Source of the DNA: Scyliorhinus canicula
Taxonomy: Eukaryota
Direction: 5' to 3'
Assembly: GCF_902713615.1 (NCBI RefSeq)
Contig: NC_052146.1
Span: 69,521,238-69,585,237, forward strand
Length of the DNA stretch: 64,000 bases
The position numbers and the translations under genes are program-made. How positions within the stretch are numbered: position 1 is the first letter of the stretch; every line of letters starts with the position of its first letter. Under the pieces are notes generated by a model. The model ran no database searches. It was not told the DNA's origin and saw nothing but the letters and a program-made list of their open reading frames with translations. Shown here piece by piece: positions 58,361 to 64,000 of the stretch.

Positions 58361-61252
58361 CTACACTATTCCATTTTCATCCATATGTCTATCCAGTGAC
58401 CACTTAAATGCCCTTAAAGTTGGCGAGTCTACTACTATTGCAGGCAGGGCGTTCCACACCCCGACTACTCTCTGAGTAAAGAAACTGCCTCTGACATCTG
58501 TCTTATATCTCTCACCCCTCAATTTAAAGCTATGTCCCCTCGTGTTGGTCATCACCATCCGAGGAAAAAGACTCTCACTGTCCACCCTATCTAACCCTCT
58601 GACTATCTTATATGTCTCTATTAAGTCACCTCTCAGCCTTCTCCTCTCTAATGAAAACAACCTCAATTCCCTGAGCCTTTCCTCGTAAGACCTTCCCTCC
58701 ATACCAGGCAACATCCTAGTAAATCTCCTCTGAACCCTTTCCAAAGCTTCCACATCCTTCCTATAATGTGGTGACCAGAACTGCACGCAGTACTCCAGGT
58801 GTGGCCGCACCAGAGTTATGTACAGCTGCAGCATGACCTTGTGGTTCCGAAACTCAATCCCCCTGCTTATAAAGGCTAGCACACCATATGCCTTCTTAAC
58901 AGCCCTATTAACCTGGGTGGCAACTTTCAGGGATTTATGTACCTGGATGCCGAGATCTCTCTGTTCATCTACACTACCAAGAATCTTGCCATTAGCCCAG
59001 TACTCTGCATTCCTGTTACTCCTTCCAAAGTGAACCACCTCACACTTTTCCGCATTAAACTCCATCTGCCACCTCTCAGCCCAGCTCTGCAGCTTATCTA
59101 TGTCCCTCTGTATCCTATAACATCCTTCAGCACTATCCACAACTCCACCGACCTTCGTGTCATCTGCAAATTTACTAACCCATCCTTCTACACCCTCTTC
59201 CAGGTCATTTATAAAAATGACAAACAGCAGTGGCCCCAAAACAGATCCTTGCGGTACACCACTTGTAACTGAACTCCAGGATGAACATTTGCCATCAACC
59301 ACCACCCTCTGTCTTCTTTCAGCTAGCCAATTACTGATCCAAACCGCTAAATCACCTTCAATTCCATACTTCCTTATTTTCTGCAATAGCCTACCGTGGG
59401 GAACCTTATCAAACGCCTTACTGAAATCCATATACACCACATCAACAGCTTTACCCTGATCCACCTGTTTGGTCACCTTCTCAAAAAACTCAATAAGGTT
59501 TGTGAGACATGACCTACCCTTCACAAAACCGTGTTGAGTATCGCTAATCAACTTGTTCTTTTCAAGATGATTATAAACCCTATCTCTTATAACCTTTTCC
59601 AACAGTTTACCCACAACCGAAGTAAGGCTCACAGGTCTATAATTACCAGGGTTGTCTCTACTCCCCTTCTTGAACAAGGGGACAACATTTGCTATCCTCC
59701 AGTCTTCCGGCACTATTCCTGTCGACAAAGACGACATAAAGATCAAGGACAAAGGCTCTGCAATCTCCTCCCTGGCTTCCCAGAGAATCCTAGGATAAAT
59801 CCCATCTGGCCCAGGGGACTTATCTATTTTGACATTTTCTAAAATTGCTAACACCTCCTCCTTTTGAACCTCAATTCCATCTAGCCTGGTCGACTGAACC
59901 TGAGTGTTCTCCTCGACAACATTGTCTTTCTCCAGTGTAAACACTGACGAAAAATATCCATTTAATGCTTCCCCTATCTCCTCTGATTCCACACACAACT
60001 TTCCACTACTATCCTTGATTGGCCCTAATCTTACTCGAGTCATTCTTTTGTTCCTGATATACCTATAGAAAGCCTTAGGGTTTTCCTTGATCCTATCCGC
60101 CAACGACTTTTCGTGTCCTCTCCTCGCTCTTCTTAACTCTCCCTTTAGGTCCTTCCTGGCTAACTTGTAACTCTCAAGTGCCCTAACTGAGCCTTCATGT
60201 CTCATCCTAACATAAGCCTTCTTCTTCCTCTTGACAAGTGCTTCAACTTCCTTAGTAAACCACGGCTCCCTTGCTCGACAACTTCCTCCCTGCCTGACAG
60301 GTACATACTTATCAAGGACACGCAGTAGCTGTTCCTTGAAAAAGCTCCACATTTCGATTGTACCCATCCCCTGCAGTTTCCTTCCCCATCCTATACCTCC
60401 TAAATCTTGCCGAATAGCATCATAATTGCCTTTCCCCCAGCTATAATTCTTGCCTTGCGGTATATACCTATCCCTGCCCATTGCTAAAGTAAACATAACC
60501 GAGTTGTGATCACTATCACCAAAGTGCTCACCTACATCTAAATCTAACACCTGGCCGGGTTCATTACCCAGTACCAAATCCAATGTGGCCTCGCCCCTTG
60601 TTGGCCTGTCTACATACTGTGTCAGAAAACCTTCCTGCACACACTGCACAAAAACTGACCCATCTATAGTACTCGAACTATAGTATTTCCAGTCAATATT
60701 TGGAAAGTTAAAGTCCCCCATAACAACTACCCTGTTACTCTCGCTCCTGTCAAGAATCATCTTTCCAATCCTTTCCTCTACATCTCTGGGACTATTCGGA
60801 GGTCTATAGACAACTCCCAACAGGGTGACCTCTCCTCTACTGCTCCTAACCTCGGCCCATACTGCCTCAGTAGACGAGTCCTCAAGCGTCCTTTCTACCG
60901 CCGTAATACTTTCCTTGATTAACAATGCCACACCCCCCCCTCTTTTACCATCTTCTCTGTTCTTACAGAAACATCTAAATCCTGGAACCTGCAACAACCA
61001 TTCCTGTCCCTGCTCTACCCATGTCTCCGAAATCGCCACAACATCGAGATCCCAGGTACCAACCCATGCTGCAAGCTCACCCACCTTATTCCGGATGCTC
61101 CTGGCGTTGAAGTAGACACACTTCAAACCAGCGTCCTGCTTGCCGGTGCCCTCTTTCGAACTTTTAACCCTATCCCTGACCTCACTACTCTCAACATCCT
61201 GTACACTGGGACTACAATTTAGGTTCCCATCCCCCTGCTGAATTAGTTTAAA
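58361..61252 (-). CDS. CR1 ORF2: APE endonuclease plus reverse transcriptase; the frame is open from the ORF1 overlap, with no AUG before EN motif I
   Basis: YFNARSI, SETW, GDFNFP, SDHN, YMDFSKAFD, QGSVLGP, FADD. The track start at 61126 is a TTG. The frame stays open 42 codons further upstream to TTT at 61252. Confidence 0.93.
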   Translation of the reverse strand, partial: FKLIQQGDGNLNCSPSVQDVESSEVRDRVKSSKEGTGKQDAGLKCVYFNARSIRNKVGELAAWVGTWDLDVVAISETWVEQGQEWLLQVPGFRCFCKNREDGKRGGGVALLIKESITAVERTLEDSSTEAVWAEVRSSRGEVTLLGVVYRPPNSPRDVEERIGKMILDRSESNRVVVMGDFNFPNIDWKYYSSSTIDGSVFVQCVQEGFLTQYVDRPTRGEATLDLVLGNEPGQVLDLDVGEHFGDSDHNSVMFTLAMGRDRYIPQGKNYSWGKGNYDAIRQDLGGIGWGRKLQGMGTIEMWSFFKEQLLRVLDKYVPVRQGGSCRAREPWFTKEVEALVKRKKKAYVRMRHEGSVRALESYKLARKDLKGELRRARRGHEKSLADRIKENPKAFYRYIRNKRMTRVRLGPIKDSSGKLCVESEEIGEALNGYFSSVFTLEKDNVVEENTQVQSTRLDGIEVQKEEVLAILENVKIDKSPGPDGIYPRILWEAREEIAEPLSLIFMSSLSTGIVPEDWRIANVVPLFKKGSRDNPGNYRPVSLTSVVGKLLEKVIRDRVYNHLEKNKLISDTQHGFVKGRSCLTNLIEFFEKVTKQVDQGKAVDVVYMDFSKAFDKVPHGRLLQKIRKYGIEGDLAVWISNWLAERRQRVVVDGKCSSWSSVTSGVPQGSVLGPLLFVIFINDLEEGVEGWVSKFADDTKVGGVVDSAEGCYRIQRDIDKLQSWAERWQMEFNAEKCEVVHFGRSNRNAEYWANGKILGSVDEQRDLGIQVHKSLKVATQVNRAVKKAYGVLAFISRGIEFRNHKVMLQLYITLVRPHLEYCVQFWSPHYRKDVEALERVQRRFTRMLPGMEGRSYEERLRELRLFSLERRRLRGDLIETYKIVRGLDRVDSESLFPRMVMTNTRGHSFKLRGERYKTDVRGSFFTQRVVGVWNALPAIVVDSPTLRAFKWSLDRHMDENGIV

Positions 61253-62178
61253 CCCCCCCGAAGAGCACTAGCAAATCTCCCCCCCAGGATATTGGTACCC
61301 CTCTGGTTCAGGTGAAGACCATCCTGTTTGTAGAGGTCCCACCTACCCCAGAATGAGCCCCAATTATCCAGGAAACCAAAACCCTCCCTCCTGCACCATC
61401 CCTGTAGCCACGTGTTCAACTCCTCTCTCTCCTTATTTCTCACTTCGCTAGCACGTGGCACGGGTAACAACCCAGAGATAACAACTCTGTTTGTTCTAGC
61501 TCTCAGTTTCCACCCTAGCTCCCTGAATTTCTGTCTCAAATCCCCATCTCTCTTCCTACCTATGTCGTTGGTACCTATGTGGACCACGACTTGGGGCTGC
61601 TCCCCCTCCCCCTTAAGGATCCCAAAAACACGATCAGAGACATCACGAACCCTGGCACCTGGGAGGCAACACACCAACCGTGAGTCTCTTTCGTTCCCAC
61701 AGAACCTCCTGTCTGTTCCTCTAACTATGGAGTCCCCAATGACAAGTGCTCTGTTCCTCTTCTCCCTTCCCTTCTGAGCAACAGGGACAGACTCTGTGCC
61801 AGAGACCTGCGCCCTATTGCTTACCCCTGGTAAGTCGTCCCCCGCAACAGTATCCAAAACGGTATACTTGTTATAGAGGGGAACGACCACAGGGGATCCC
61901 TGCACTGCCTGCCGGTTCCCTCTCCCTCCCCTGACGGTAACCCATCTACTTTCTTCTTTTACCTGAGGTGTGACTACCTCCCTATAACTCCTCTCAATAA
62001 CCTCCTCCGCCTCCCGAATGATCCGAAGTTCATCCAGCTCCAGCTCCCTAATGCGGCTCTCGAGGAGCTGGAGTTGGGTGCACTTCCCGCAGATGTAATC
62101 AGAAGGGACACTAGAGGTGACCCTTTCCTCCCACATTCTGCAGGAGGAACATTCAACTGCCCTAGCCTCCATTCCCAC
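61243..62178 (-). CDS. CR1 ORF1: CxxC..CxxC zinc finger/coiled coil plus SGNH esterase domain (311 aa)
   Basis: CSSC..CGKC and the esterase blocks GDS, PGA, GTND and DGLH. Confidence 0.92.
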   Translation of the reverse strand: MGMEARAVECSSCRMWEERVTSSVPSDYICGKCTQLQLLESRIRELELDELRIIREAEEVIERSYREVVTPQVKEESRWVTVRGGRGNRQAVQGSPVVVPLYNKYTVLDTVAGDDLPGVSNRAQVSGTESVPVAQKGREKRNRALVIGDSIVRGTDRRFCGNERDSRLVCCLPGARVRDVSDRVFGILKGEGEQPQVVVHIGTNDIGRKRDGDLRQKFRELGWKLRARTNRVVISGLLPVPRASEVRNKEREELNTWLQGWCRREGFGFLDNWGSFWGRWDLYKQDGLHLNQRGTNILGGRFASALRGGLN

Positions 62179-62337
62179 TGAACTAACTTCCCAACTACTG
62201 AAAAATAAAAAACTTGTTAGTTTAGCAATCCAATGGACAGAGCTTTTTTTTTGGTTAGAGGAGGAGGATGGGTGGGAGACACTACGTAAGTAGTGTTTCG
62301 GGTAAAGCTGTCACTCGAGAACAGCCCCTTCACAAAC

Positions 62338-64000
62338 CACCTTCAACTTACGCTGACCGCACTGCACGTATGCAAATCTCCCCGGAACAGCCAATCAGAA
62401 GCTCTGCTCTGCTGCCCTCTGCTGGATGCTCACCTTCCGTCGAACTCCTCGGGTCACTGATGCAGGTGCACCTTCAACTTACGCTGACCGCACTGCACGT
62501 ATGTAAATCTCCCCGGAACAGCCAATCAGAAGCTCTGCTCTGCTGCCCTCTGCTGGATGCTCACCTTCCGTCGAACTCCTCGGGTCACTGATGCAGGTGC
62601 ACCTTCAACTTACGCTGACCGCACTGCACGTATGCAAATCTCCCCGGAACAGCCAATCAGAAGCTCTGCTCTGCTGCCCTCTGCTGGATGCTCACCTTCC
62701 GTCGAACTCCTCGGGTCACTGATGCAGGTGCACCTTCAACTTACGCTGACCGCACTGCACGTATGTAAATCTCCCCGGAACAGCCAATCAGAAGCTCTGC
62801 TCTGCTGCCCTCTGCTGGATGCTCACCTTCCGTCGAACTCCTCGGGTCACTGATGCAGGTGCACCTTCAACTTACGCTGACCGCACTGCACGTATGCAAA
62901 TCTCCCCGGAACAGCCAATCAGAAGCTCTGCTCTGCTGCCCTCTGCTGGATGCTCACCTTCCGTCGAACTCCTCGGGTCACTGATGCAGGTGCACCTTCA
63001 ACTTACGCTGACCGCACTGCACGTATGCAAATCTCCCCGGAACAGCCAATCAGAAGCTCTGCTCTGCTGCCCTCTGCTGGATGCTCACCTTCCGTCGAAC
63101 TCCTCGGGTCACTGATGCAGGTGCACCTTCAACTTACGCTGACCGCACTGCACGTATGTAAATCTCCCCGGAACAGCCAATCAGAAGCTCTGCTCTGCTG
63201 CCCTCTGCTGGATGCTCACCTTCCGTCGAACTCCTCGGGTCACTGATGCAGGTGCACCTTCAACTTACGCTGACCGCACTGCACGTATGCAAATCTCCCC
63301 GGAACAGCCAATCAGAAGCTCTGCTCTGCTGCCCTCTGCTGGATGCTCACCTTCCGTCGAACTCCTCGGGTCACTGATGCAGGTGCACCTTCAACTTACG
63401 CTGACCGCACTGCACGTATGCAAATCTCCCCGGAACAGCCAATCAGAAGCTCTGCTCTGCTGCCCTCTGCTGGATGCTCACCTTCCGTCGAACTCCTCGG
63501 GTCCCTGATGCAGGTGCACCTTCAACTTACGCTGACCGCACTGCACGTATGTAAATCTCCCCGCAACAGCCAATCAGAAGCTCTGCTCTGCTGCCCTCTG
63601 CTGGATGCTCACCTTCCGTCGAACTCCTCGGGTCACTGATGCAGGTGCACCTTCAACTTACGCTGACCGCACTGCACGTATGCAAATCTCCCCGGAACAG
63701 CCAATCAGAAGCTCTGCTCTGCTGCCCTCTGCTGGATGCTCACCTTCCGTCGAACTCCTCGGGTCACTGATGCAGGTGCACCTTCAACTTACGCTGACCG
63801 CACTGCACGTATGCAAATCTCCCCGGAACAGCCAATCAGAAGCTCTGCTCTGCTGCCCTCTGCTGGATGCTCACCTTCCGTCGAACTCCTCGGGTCACTG
63901 ATGCAGGTGCACCTTCAACTTACGCTGACCGCACTGCACGTATGCAAATCTCCCCGGAACAGCCAATCAGAAGCTCTGCTCTGCTGCCCTCTGCTGGATG
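62338..64000. repeat. 131-bp tandem array (at least 12.7 units, running off the window) fused to the CR1 5' end
   Basis: Exact 131-bp period. There are 13 octamer positions from 62370 (9 ATGCAAAT, 4 ATGTAAAT), 13 CCAAT from 62391 and 12 CAGGTG from 62463. Confidence 0.97.

Larger units (their letters stand above)
58267..62337 (-). mobile_element. Apparently intact young CR1 LINE (5' UTR, ORF1, ORF2, 3' hairpin and tail)
   Basis: Both ORFs are uninterrupted. The 3' end has gggccgaagggccc and a (GTTCTAT)n tail. The 5' UTR runs directly into the 131-bp array. Confidence 0.95.

Noticed and set aside
62268-63901. Repeated 98-aa ORFs (MLTFRRTPRV..) in the tandem array
   Set aside because: They are a by-product of the 131-bp period cycling through frames, and they have no recognisable domain.
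62338-64000. CRISPR-like array
   Set aside because: The units are contiguous and near-identical with no unique spacers, there are no cas genes, and the context is eukaryotic.

Overview
This is eukaryotic DNA from a cartilaginous fish, probably a catshark-like shark. That assignment is inferred from HE1-type SINEs, shark CR1/L1/Rex1/Penelope repeats and germline-joined Ig light chains. The host genes are two immunoglobulin lambda (type II/NS3) light-chain clusters in head-to-head orientation. Each has octamer promoter, leader exon, germline-joined VJ exon without RSS, and C exon. Cluster 1 (minus strand, 12945-17060) is intact. Cluster 2 (plus strand, 40611-45463) is a pseudogene: a young SINE sits in FR1 and the second Cys is lost, but its C exon is intact and shares a 254-nt near-identical tract with C1. 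The rest is mostly mobile DNA. It includes an L1 carrying nested Rex1, SINE and LTR elements, many CR1 fragments, Harbinger-like MITEs and Penelope ends. It also includes a U2 snRNA pseudogene split at the Keno target site, a foldback-like element with alternating palindromes, and an apparently intact CR1. The most interesting signals are four. (1) Tandem -1 slippery sites (G_GGU_UUA / U_UUA_AAC) exactly bridge CR1 ORF1 into an ORF2 with no upstream AUG. (2) A 131-bp tandem array at that CR1's 5' end repeats octamer, CAGGTG E-box and CCAAT motifs about 17 kb from an Ig C exon. (3) An LTR element carries a decayed accessory membrane-glycoprotein ORF. (4) The U2 copy carries a site-specific insertion. 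There are no prokaryotic features and no CRISPR array. All alignments were done by eye, and repeat boundaries are approximate unless a TSD is given.
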